A stretch of 64,000 nucleotides of DNA, taken from the NCBI RefSeq assembly GCF_008831285.2, contig NC_045138.2:6572001-6636000 (forward strand), written 5' to 3'. Shown here piece after piece: positions 1 through 11,602 of this stretch. Position numbers and translations under genes: made by a program. How positions within the stretch are numbered: the first letter of the stretch is position 1; each line of letters opens with the position of its first letter. This stretch comes from Nymphaea colorata (Eukaryota). Below the pieces are notes generated by a model. That model worked only from the letters and a program-made list of their open reading frames with translations, was not told the DNA's origin and did not search any database.

Positions 1-1476
1 TCTCTTCCAGGCATACCACCCCACCTCCCCCGGAACCAGTTGGGCCTTGTCGCAGCCTTGGACTATGGAGGCAAGGGGAAAAGAGGGGAGAGGCAAGGGG
101 AAAAGAGGGGAGTTTCGGCTCCTTGGGCATCATAAAGTCCTTATAAGAAAAAATCCAGTCTTGATAAGCATAGGCCTAATATTGAAAATGGCGAAAACTG
201 GTTCCTCTCTTGTGCATCTCGATCCCCTGAGACTTTATGTTCATCTCCTCATAAAAGTTGAGCATATAATTATCGACACAATTGAATTGATTATATAAAA
301 GTGGGTATTAGTTGCATTATTAACTGCTTAAGTACATTATTTAATGGTCAAGGATTTATTCAAATGAGATATGTCATGGCTTCTTCCATTATTAAGGCCT
401 GTAAGGTTTGGATTACCAAATCACTGCATGCTTCTTCTGAATTTATCAATTGAGAGATGATCATTAGAGTAAAAGTTAAACCATGTTATTAACCTAGTTT
501 TGTTATTAAAATGAATTGGTTTAAGTTAATTTTGATGATAAAACCATATTCCTTACATGGTTTTTACTTTTTAGCGTCATCCAAACGGGCCCATATAAGA
601 GAAATGTGCAAAGTAAAAAAAGAAGAAAAAAAGAAACAAGCAGAAACGATCGTCTCTCTCTCTCTCTCTCTCTCCTCCACCTCCTCTCCCTCTCTTCCCC
701 CAACCCTCTTTCTTTTTTGGAAGAGTACATATTTGTTGCGTGCACAGCGTCTCAATCAAGATCATCTACCTAACTGGAAATAATAGTTGTTTACAAGAGA
801 ATATATTCCTAATGCATTTATGGTTGGGTGGAAAACGCAACTCATGAATTGGAATTATCATCTGTAAACTCACATCAATTCAACTCCACCAGTAAAAGCA
901 GGGCTTAACGTCTCGGATTCATATAAATAATTTGAGGGAGTCGTCTCAATGATCGACGACCATCATGGAATATCCTTCAATTGCCGAGGGATGAGGGTCC
1001 TTTAGTCTTGGAATCGAGCTTATCTTCAATTCTTTATTAATGGTGACAATGAAACCACTAGGCATGAACATGGTAGACAGAGCTCTTACAGGCGAGAGAA
1101 GGAGCATGTTCTAGAAGAATTAAGCTGCAAAAGTTTGAGGTTAAAAGTAACAACTAAAAAATTTTAGGTTGCTATTTAATAAAAAGGTGATCAACATGAA
1201 TGCAGCTAGTAGGGGCTAAAAGAGTGTGGAGGAGGTTTTTTTTTTCCACATTAAAATTACTTTTTGTCCTGTTTTCTAAATTAAATGGAGGGAGGCACTC
1301 TGCACCACTGACAGGACAATAATGTGGTATTGGAGCTAATTAAATTAAACGGACCCACTCGCTCAACTTGATTTCTACAAGGGGAGGGCCCAAGTTTACA
1401 AGTCAACTGTAATTGTCAGCAGCCTGGTCTTTATCTATATTCTTGCTTTGACCTTTTTTGACTTCCATTTTTTTTG

Positions 1477-1670
1477 GGCCTGTTTCAATGAATTTCATCT
1501 TCATGAAAAGTGATTTAGAATTATGGAATCATAATTCCATCTCATAGGATAGAATCACAATTCCAAAACTCTAATTCAAAAAATTTTTGTTGGATAACAT
1601 AGTTCTCATGTCATAAAAAATGAAAAATTTAATTTTAAAATTCCACAATTTTGGTCTGATCAAACACCCT
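1477..1670. mobile_element. Tourist-like MITE remnant; paralogous copies at about 8041-8262 (inverted) and about 59381-59602
   Basis: Ends GGGCCTGTTTC...CAAACACCCT resemble PIF/Harbinger MITE TIRs; AT-rich non-coding interior. Confidence 0.45.
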
Positions 1671-2199
1671 CATGCTTCATTGCGGATGTACAAATAGATC
1701 GGCAGTTCTCAAAATTAAAATATTTGCCAGGGAAGGGCAACTACTTTCCTTGGGTTTCTTACTAATTAAGTTGATTAGTTTAACTTCAAGTGTTTAAAGG
1801 CCATTTTTCAAGAATGAATGTTGTTGAAACTTACTTGTATGGTGAAACAAGAGAAATGAATGAGTGATATTTTTGGTTTAACTACAATGAGAAAATGAGA
1901 AAAGAATACTTTACACTATCGGTGATGAAGCGATTAACAATTGCTTTGAGAACACTAAAAGTAGACAAGATTGATTATAGAACTTTATATTATAATAGTT
2001 TGATTTACGCAAGTCATGTCTCTTATAAGTTTTCTCAATTACAATTACATTTACATGTAAAAGAATAAAAGAATACAATATTTACAAACCAAAGATAAGC
2101 TCAAACAAGAACATGAACAATCAATATCATGTCATCATGAATAGGCCATTGGGTTTAAAAATAGCAAGAGAAGCAAAATAGCTCACTACAATCCCATCA

Positions 2200-4130
2200 C
2201 CATAATTTGATTAGGGAGATTATTGGCTTCACCCTTGCACCAAACCTTCAGCTTGTCCCTGGTGGCCTCCAGTTTATGTATGAGCTTAATCATGGCATAG
2301 CCCCTAGTGTCTACTGCCTAGGCAGAACGGACTACATCGCTATATCCTGTCATGTCCTGCCAATACTGAAAGTGGCGAAAAGGAGAGCGACCCCAAGTGT
2401 TGTACCTGCGTTTGGATATATAAAGCAAAATGGAATTGTGATCTGAGATGGTCCTTGGCTGCACTTCCAGGTGCAGGGTAAGTTCAGGGTCATCCAACCA
2501 CTCCTGGGAGACATAGCACCTATCAATTTTTGACATGACATTCTCTTGTCCCACACGGTTGTTAGTCAAGTGAATTTCATGTCAGGACAGGATATTTCAC
2601 ATAAGGCCGATTGAGAAACAAAATTGGATAGAGCAATGCATGCTTGGATAGCCGGTGCCCTCCGAGTTTTTTCATTGTTGTTAGAAACTGCATTGAAGTC
2701 ACCCATACAAATTACCGTTACACTACATTGATTCACTACAGCGCAAAGCCTCAAAAAAAGGTCATTTCTTATTCTAAAATCAGTATGCATATAAACTCCT
2801 ATAGCCACAAAATGCAGACCCGACTGAATTTTAGAGAAATGTAAAACGATCCAATGAGGATGAGCATACCAGTTATGCAGGGAGACCTCATATGGGTCCC
2901 ATAAGGCGATGATGCGTGCCCATGGACCTGAAATATGGATGTTAGAAGCAAGCTGCATCTCTAGAACTTTGTATTTGAACTTCTGAAGTTGATCCATATT
3001 ATGTTTGGTGCAAGGGTGCAGGAGGCGCCACCAGCCCGCGGACATTCCAAGCAAGAATATTCATAAGCAAAGGTGACCGAGCTGCCTCCCTTCTCAGCTA
3101 CCCATCCGGTCATTAGAAGTATCATCCTCATTATCATTGTCCATGGCCTTAGTACATGCCTTAGCCACTACGTTGCCAACATCCATATCATCTGTAGGGG
3201 GACCTTCCTCGACCATAATAAGGTCAGTCTTTACCTGTAAACACCCACATGTCTTCACATTTCTGTCGCTCTCTTTTGGTGAGTTGGTTCTCTTTTTGGT
3301 GTCATTCACCTCCCTGTGCTTAAGAGTTCATTTCTTCACCTTCTCAAACATGTGGGTGTTGTTAGACTCTGGCAGAAGGTTTGAATCTATTGTTGCAGAA
3401 CACACAAGGCCATTTAGGGTGCTAGGGGTTGGCCCTAGAGGCACCAAGGCAGCTTGTGAGGCTTGCACAACTTCAGCGCCTTGCTGCGTGGACTGTGCAA
3501 CTGGAATAGATCCGTCCTCTGCCCCATTAGCTTCTGCCAAATTAGTTAAACCCTTCCCCTTCCCTTCTGAGCTGTCTGTTACCCTCCCACCAAGACTTTT
3601 GGCAGAACTTTCCCTGTCAGTTTTGGTCTCTGGCAAAAGCATAAGTGCATGGAATCTGTTTTGTTTTAAGGAATCCTCTTTGTCCTTGTTGTATGGGACG
3701 CGTCTTCTGGGAGTTTTAACCAGTTGCCACCCATTGGGGGTGCCCTTCTCTCCTTTCGCGGCAGCCTCTCTTACAGCACAGGACCCTTCAAAATGAGCCA
3801 TGGATCCACATTTGTGGCAGTACTTAACCTTGGTTTCATATTCTATGGTTTGAATGAATATCTTTCCCCCTCAAATCTCCATCTCGATCTCTGATATGGG
3901 GCTGAACCCCAATGGTATTTCAATCTTTATGCGAGCAAACCCAAAACGATGAAGATGCCTAGTATATTCATTTGTTTCCACGAATGAGCCTCCTATTAAC
4001 TCTGCAATGTCATTGAAAATGCGAGGATTCCACCATTCTACTGGTAAATCAGGCAGTCTAATCCATGTACAGCCATGTTCTCCCCCCAAAGCCATGGCTG
4101 TACATGGATTCTCCACTCCCGTCTGGTCCC
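2200..4130 (-). mobile_element. Degenerate LINE (L1-like non-LTR retrotransposon) fragment: ORF1 C-terminal part plus ORF2 endonuclease
   Basis: Minus-strand translation gives WIRLPDLPVEWW...GFARIKIEI, then YETKVKYCHKCGSMAHFEGSC (CX2CX4HX4C zinc knuckle, about 3778-3840). EEP endonuclease motifs follow (ICMGDFNAV, SKIDRCYVS, SDHNSILL; 2318-3054). The reading frame is interrupted by stops. Confidence 0.9.
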
Positions 4131-4756
4131 ACCATGTTCTCCCCCGTGTTCTAATGCCCTTGATGGGCCACAGGCCCACCGAGGCCAGCTGCTGCTTCTT
4201 CCACAATCGCGAGAGCTCCTGTGCCCTAGGAGAGAGAAAGTCGTGGGTGCTTCTTATATCTCCTTTCACCATACAAGTAAGTTTCAACAACATTCATTCT
4301 TTAAAATGGCCTTTAAGCATTTGATGTTGAACGAGTAAAGTCAACGCCAACGATTTGTCTTGAAGTGGTCGAGGGAGTACGTATTCGAAGAAAACTTAAA
4401 TCTTTTAAATATGTATGGGAAGAATGATTTTACATGCAAAATTATTTGCTGCTGGACTTCTCTCTCTCTCTCTCTCTCTCTCTCTTTGTGTGTGTGTGTG
4501 TGTGTGAATGGAAACAAGAAGAACCTGATAACAGTCAGAGACATGTGAACCCACTTGCGAACACCAATTATCTCCAAGTCCACGTTTCCTGATCGATAAT
4601 TGAGTCTCCAGCTGTTAGGTGCAGTCAGTGGTCCATAGACAATAATGAAAAAGGATATGGAAGGCGACAAATGATCCATAATTGAGTCTTCTTTTTCTCT
4701 AATTTCTACAACTTCTGTCCTTATGTGTCGGCAAGCAGATTTCAAATGGGGTCGAG

Positions 4757-4759
<3 letters not shown>

Positions 4760-4814
<55 letters not shown>
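4760..4814. repeat. (TA)n microsatellite
   Basis: Direct read. Further TA tracts lie at about 8742-8783, 9070-9168, 10034-10079, 17190-17257, 29906-29931 and 36630-36676. Confidence 0.95.
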
Positions 4815-4816
<2 letters not shown>

Positions 4817-5119
4817 AACACAGCCATAGAGGCACTTAATGACCTGCACATTTCACCACTATGTGAAAATGAGTGGGATGAAATTGTTGGATTTCTGCTT
4901 CATGCACCAATTGCTTTAAACCTTCAATTGCAGCCTTACGTGCATGAAATCAAGGAAGCCCACATGAAATAAAATAACCAAAAGGCTAGTAACAAAATAA
5001 TCCACTAGCTGTGAAACCACAAAAGATGTAAATGTAGCCATAGGACTTGGAGCCAATTAGTAACAACTCTAGCTAAAGACCCTCTAAATCAAGTAGTTGA
5101 TCAACGTACCATTTCATAA

Positions 5120-5720
5120 ATAGAGAGCGAGAAAGCAGGAAAGGGACATAGAAATCAAAGGTTAAAGATTTTAAGAGACAAATTGGAAAGAGATATAGAG
5201 ATTAATAATAGAGATAGAATGAGAGATTTCAAGTTTGAAATCGAAGAGAGAGAAAGATAAAAAGAGAGAGAAACCTATGAAAGAGAAAGAAAAAGATTAA
5301 TAAAAAGAGAGAAAAAGATATTTTTAGAAAGAAATCAAAGAAAAAGTGATTAATAAAAGAGAGAAAATGAATTTTATAGAGAAGTCTAAAAATGGGAGAA
5401 GGAGAAAAAAAGAAATTGAAGGGATAATGACCATGAAATCAATAAAAGAGAGAAAAAGAGAATTTAAGACAGAAATAGATAACAGAGAGAGAAAAAGAGT
5501 GAGATTAATAAAAAGAGAAAAAATTATTTTAAGATATTAATCTGAGAGAGAGACGGAGAGAGAAATAAGTAAAGGAGGGAGAGGGGCAAAGAGAGAGAAA
5601 GATTAATAATGGAGAAAGAAAAAGAAATTCTAAGAGACAAATTGAAGAGAGAGAAAGAGATCTAAGAAAAGGGATAAATAGAGAAGAGGGAGAAATAGAT
5701 TAATGAGAGAGAGAGAGTAC
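5120..5720 (+). repeat. GA-rich degenerate repeat tract
   Basis: Polypurine tract punctuated by recurring GATTTTAAGAGA, GATTAATAAAA and GAAATC motifs. Confidence 0.85.
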
Positions 5721-6321
5721 GTCTGTGTGTGTGTTGGTAGTGTAAAAATAGATTTTTGATATTCAAGATTGTATCAAACATTTATAAAGATAATTATGCA
5801 AAAAAGATTATAGCAACTGTTATGTTTGAATTAAAATTTGTAGTGTGTATGTGTATATATATATAGCCACAATGGCCTCATAAGTTCATTCCATACCGGG
5901 CCAAACTGGAATAGGGTTATGTACATATGTAAATAGATATATATAGATACGAACACCTCTCTCGTTACATTCCATTTAAGATTAGGAAGAGGCGTAATCG
6001 GACCTACACTCATTTATATATTTCAAAAAGACATGAACATAACTATGTTCTCTAAATTATGTAGAAAAAACAGCCCTTATTTAACATAAACGGCCTCTTA
6101 TGTAACATACTTTGTGGTTGTGCCATAAAAGGTGTCCACTTAGCCACTTGCTTCTTAATTATACCTATAGATCAGAGTTTCAACGATCTTTTTAAAATTT
6201 TACAAATAGATTTCCACACTCAAGACTACACATAAAATATTTATATGTATCCTGAAAAATTTCCCCAAAGTGAGAACAATTGTTAGAAGGTGCATGAATA
6301 AACTTGAAAATGTGTGATTAA

Positions 6322-7126
6322 CAATGTCACCTAGGTGCAGGGTACAGGTGCCGGAGAGGCACATCTCAAAAATTTAGGTGCGGCGGTACAGCGAGGGTAT
6401 TTTATTATTATTGTTATTATTAATTTATTATATATTATAACTGAATAAGAATGTATATATTATTTTTGTAATTTAATTATTAATGTATATAACATACTTG
6501 CATAATGTATATTGCATAGGAAAATATCAGAACAACATATATTATATATAATAATTTTGTAATATGACATTCTAACAATCTAACATATGACATAAAAAAT
6601 TGATAGAATCATAGAAGCAGAAATTGAAAATTTCAAATTAAAACTTCAAAAGAACAACACTAACCACAGCTGGTCAGCTGCATAATGCATATATAAAAAG
6701 CTTATATTATATATTATAAGTTTATAACATGACAATATATCACTATATCAGTTGCAAAGTATATATGCACCGCTGCATATGTACAAGGCTGACAATATAT
6801 ATTTGTTAGTTTGAGCTTTGAACCTTTTATAGTAGATTCAAGAACAACTGAACAAGCATCTAAAATAAAATGCTAAAATGTATACAACAATAATACCAAA
6901 AAATGAGACACATTTAGACCGGACCGGGGTTGACCACATCCGACTCGAGTTTGATGTGAGTGAGATGCGTGTCAGAAATGGACAAATATAGCTTGGTGCA
7001 GCTGACCGCATCCGACTCGTGTTGACTGGGCTCGGGTGCGAATCGGAGCTGCACCCTTGTTCGGTGTGCACCCGACTCGACACGATTCGGGTGCGATAGT
7101 AAAATAGAAGAGTCCGGGTGACTTAG
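6322..7126. mobile_element. Non-autonomous hAT-like DNA transposon
   Basis: Imperfect TIRs CAATGTCACC...GGTGACTTAG, with an 8-bp TSD GTGATTAA (6314-6321) / GTGGTTAA (7127-7134). GC-rich subterminal GGTGC/CCGAC motifs are present, and a paralogous empty site lies near 27890-27906. Confidence 0.75.
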
Positions 7127-8724
7127 GTGGTTAATAGATTTTATAAAATGTGGGGCTTTAACCTCTTCTGCATTGCCTTATCTACTGCTGGCCTTTGCAT
7201 TGCCATTGGAGTCTCTCTTGTTTAGGTGTGGGGCACTAGGCTGTTCTTGGGTTCAGCTTTAATGTCAATGGCATTTTTCTAAGGGCAGGCTGAGTCAAGA
7301 AAAGCATGCGAAGCGGAAGCTTTTCTCTCTTCTTTTGCTCTAATTTCTACAACTGCTGCCCCGTCCGCTTCTTCTTTATAAGAGGCCATACACACCTTTA
7401 TCAATCTACAAGCAAGAAGCTAAGCATACTTGTATTCAAGTTTGTTGAAGCCTGAGTTGGTTCTGTACCAACAGTCTGGACGTGATCCACTGCAACTTAC
7501 AGAGATCGTAGAGTTCTTTCTATTGTGGGTGAGTCTAAGCATTTCAACTTTGCCTATTTTTAGTATAAGACTTGGTGTTCATGATATTTTTGTACGCTTT
7601 CTCTCTTTTGCTATCGTTGCTGTTAATTTGTCTTTCCTTGTGATCGTTTTTCTATTTCATAGTCTCTTAAACTGTTTCATGATCCGCCTTGGTCATGTCT
7701 GGGTAACTGGTGCACTGTTAACTGTATCTCGTTTCTTCTTATTATTCGATGAATCGATGTGCACAATGGGGCCATTCATCTCGATATAGTATTAGAATGG
7801 AGTACTACTGGATGATAATCTATCTTGACGGTCTGCTGCTAAGATGGGTGATCAAGAAAAACACTTCAAATGCAACTTAGTAGTTGCATTTCTATCGATC
7901 TTTTCTTCAATCTTTAAAAACTTGATGTTGAACCAATCAACTTAATTAGTAGGAAACCCAAAGAAAGTAGTTGCCCTTCCCTGGCAAATAATTTAATTTT
8001 GAGAACTGCACATCCATTTGTACATCCGCATTGAAGCTTGAGGGTGTTTGATGATTAGACCAAAATTGTGGATTTTTAAAAGTAGATTTTCATTTTTGAT
8101 GACATGAGAACTATGTCATACAACAAAAAGTTTTAACTACAGAATTATATGCCCATCATTGGATTAGAATTTTGGAATTGTGATTCTATCCTAAGAGATG
8201 GAATTATGATTCCATAATGTTAGATTTTTTTTCACGAAGATGAAATTCATTGAAACAGGCCCCAAAAAAATGGAAGGAAAAAAAAAGCAAAGCAAGAATA
8301 AGGTTAAAGACCATGCTGCCAACAATTACAGTTGACATGGGCTCTCCCCTCATAAAAATCAAGTTGAAAAAGTGGGTCCGTTTAATTTAATTAGCTCCAC
8401 CAACACATTATTGTCTTGTCAGTGGTACAGAGTGTCTCCCTCCATTTAATTTAAAAAACATGACAAAAACGTAATTTTAATGTGAAAAAGCAATCCAACC
8501 AATCTCACACACCCTTGTTGGTTATTATTCATGTGTATAAAGAAAGTTTAGATCATTTTGTCATGGCTTGCATATATATGGGTTGGACAATAGATGGAGC
8601 AGCGACTGACTTTTGATATAATCAGTTGTAAAAACTAATTGTTATTGTCTCATGAACTTGTCTAAAAAATTAGGATAGATTTTAACCAAAATTATTTGCT
8701 GCTGGCCTTTGCTTTCCCATTGGA

Positions 8725-8783
<59 letters not shown>

Positions 8784-9069
8784 TCTGTGAATGGAAACAA
8801 GAAGAAAGTGATAACAGACAGGGACATGTGAACCCACTTGCAAACACCAATTATCTCCAAGTCCGCCTTGTCCCGATCGATAATTGAGTCTCCTGCTGTT
8901 AGGTGCAGTCTGTGCTCCATAGACACTAATAATGAAAAAGGGTATGGAAGGCGATGGAGGATCGATCATTGAGTCTTCGTTTTCTCTAATTTCTACAGCT
9001 GCAGTCCTTATGTGTCGGCAAACAGATTTCAAATGAGATCCAGTTCTAAATTTCCACACACACACACAG

Positions 9070-9168
<99 letters not shown>

Positions 9169-10031
9169 GGGACCACAGCCACAGAGGTACTTAATGAACT
9201 GCACATTTCACCATTAGGAAAAAATGGGTGGGATGAAATTGTTGGATTTATGCTTACAACAATTGTCTTAAACCCTCAAATGCAGCCTCCTGTGCATGAA
9301 ATCAAGGAAGCCCACATGAAAGCAAATAGCTAAAAGAATGGTAACAAAATAATCCACTAGCTCTAAATCCACAAAATATGTAAATGTAGCTATAGGACTA
9401 GGAGAAAATTATTAACAACTCTAGCTAAAGCCCCTCTAAATCAAGTAGTTGATCAACCTAGCATGTGTATAGATGAAGACGCTAGCTGCTCCTATAGAAA
9501 CTTCACCTCCTAATACTAAGGCGCCTCATCAACCTGAATCTCAGACATCATCAAACCATGCACATACAATGCTGACTAGGTCTTTCAACGTACCTAAGGT
9601 CTATATCACTGGTATGCGTCCATTACCTATTGACATGATCCAACAAAGCCTGATCACCAAAAGGATACACTCAAGAAGAAGGAGTGCTACATCTAGAAAA
9701 GAGGGAAATTGAAAAGAGAGAGAGAGATTGAAAAGGAGAGAAAAAGATATCTTAATCTAGAAATCGAAAAAAAGAAGAGAAGGGGGCAAAGGGAGAGAAC
9801 TATTAATAAAGGAGAAAAAAAGGTTCTAAGAGAGTAATTGAAGAGGGGCAGAGATTTTAAAAAAAGGATAAATAAAGGGGAGGGAAAAAGAGATTAATAA
9901 GAGAGAGAGACAGAGTGTGTGTTGGTGGTGTAAAAATAGATTTTTGATATTCTATATTGTATCAAATATTTATAAAGATAATTATGCCAAAAATATTGTA
10001 GTAAATTTTATTTTGAATTTAAATTTGTAAA

Positions 10032-10081
<50 letters not shown>

Positions 10082-10319
10082 CGTCCCCATTGCATCTCTG
10101 GCGATGTTGGGTATTTTTTTCTCTGTGGTCTAGTATTATAAGCATGTGAGCAAGAAAGCTGTTGCATCTATTTACTACTACTGTCTAAATTAGAGGTATC
10201 CCACTCTTCCAACTTGATCTTTTTGAGAGGAGGTTGGCCAAAGACTACAAGTCAATGGTCATTGATGGCAGCCTGCTCTTTATCATCAGTTCTTGCTGTG
10301 CCTTTCTTTCCCTTTATTT

Positions 10320-11078
10320 AAAAAAAAGGAGAGAGAGATTAATAAAAGAAAGAGAAAAATAAACTTTAAGAGGAAAATCAAAGAGAGGGAGAAGAAAGAA
10401 GAAGAGAGATTGCGTGAAGAGAGAAAGAAAATAAGAGAGAAAGAAAAAGAGATTTTAAGAGACATCCAAAATAGAGAAGGGAGAGATATTAATAAAAAAA
10501 GAGAAAAATAGATTTTAAAAGACAAATCAAAGAGGGAGACAAAGAGAAATCAAGAGGAGAGAGATGGGAGAGAAAAATCAAGAACAAAAAAAGAAAGCGG
10601 AGAGAGAGAAACCTAAGAAAGAGAAAAAAATAATAAAAAAACAAAAAGAGATGTTAAGAAAGGAATCAAAAAGCAAATTATTAATGAAAAAGAGAGGTAA
10701 GAGAGAGAGAGAGAAGGAATTTTATAGAGGAGTCAAAAAGTGAGAGAAAGAAAAAAATGAAGAGAGAAAAGGGTAAGATTAATAAAAGTGAGAAAAAGAA
10801 ATTTTAAGAGAAATCGATGAGAGAAAGAGAGTTTTAAAAGAGAGAGAGTGAAGTTAATAAAAGAGAAAAAGGTAATTTAAAATATTAATCTAATAGATGG
10901 AGATAAATAAAAGAGAGAAGAAAGATTTTCAATTAAGAATGCAAGAAAGGTAGAGATGGGGGCAAAGGGAGAAAACTATTAATAAAGGAGAAAAAAAAAG
11001 ATGTTCCAAGAGAGTAATTGAAGAGAGAGACAGACATTTAAAAAATGGATAAATCGAGGAGAGGGAAAAGAGAATAAT

Positions 11079-11110
<32 letters not shown>
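10320..11110 (+). repeat. GA-rich degenerate repeat tract upstream of NLR1
   Basis: About 800 bp of polypurine sequence with the same internal motifs as the other GA tracts. Confidence 0.85.
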
Positions 11111-11111
<1 letters not shown>

Positions 11112-11602
11112 AGTGTGTGTGTGTGTTCGTGGTGTAAAAGTAGATTTTTGATATTCTCATTTTATCACATATTTATAAAAATAGTTATGCAAAAAATATT
11201 GTAGCAAAATTTTATGCTTGAATCTACTCATCTCTGGCGACGCTTGCCTATTTTTCTCTATGTAGTCCAGTATTATAAACGTGTACTTTCACTAGATTGA
11301 AGAGAAACATCCTGCTATTGAATCAAGCTAAATTGGAGATAGAAAGAGTCGTGCATGGAATTTCTTTTTTACATCAAAACCACTTCCTGCCATGTTGTTT
11401 AAATTAAAGGGACTGAGAAAGCTGTTGCAACTACCACTCTTTCAACCTGACCTTTTTGAGAGGATGGGGGCCGAAGTCGATGGTCATTGTTGGCAGCCTG
11501 CTCTTTATTATTAGTTGTTGTTCTGCCTTTCTTTCCCTCCATCTAAAAATTGCTTCTCTTCCTCTGCTCTTCAATCTAGTGAGAAACAAAACAGGGGCGG
11601 AG

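Noticed and set aside
3137..3796. 219-aa plus-strand ORF
   Set aside because: It is antisense to the low-complexity tail of LINE ORF1 and has no recognisable domain.
4341..4835. ORFs rich in IYIY, ERER or SLSL (also 8682, 10293, 17089, 25283, 58458 and others)
   Set aside because: They are translations of microsatellites and GA/CT tracts.
11456..11602. N-terminal hydrophobic extension of NLR1 (TTG 11456 or ATG 11480), and the similar TTG start at 31152 for NLR2
   Set aside because: It is not conserved in frame: NLR3 reads this region in another frame and NLR2 has no upstream in-frame ATG. Homology starts at ATG 11603, 31266 and 47806.
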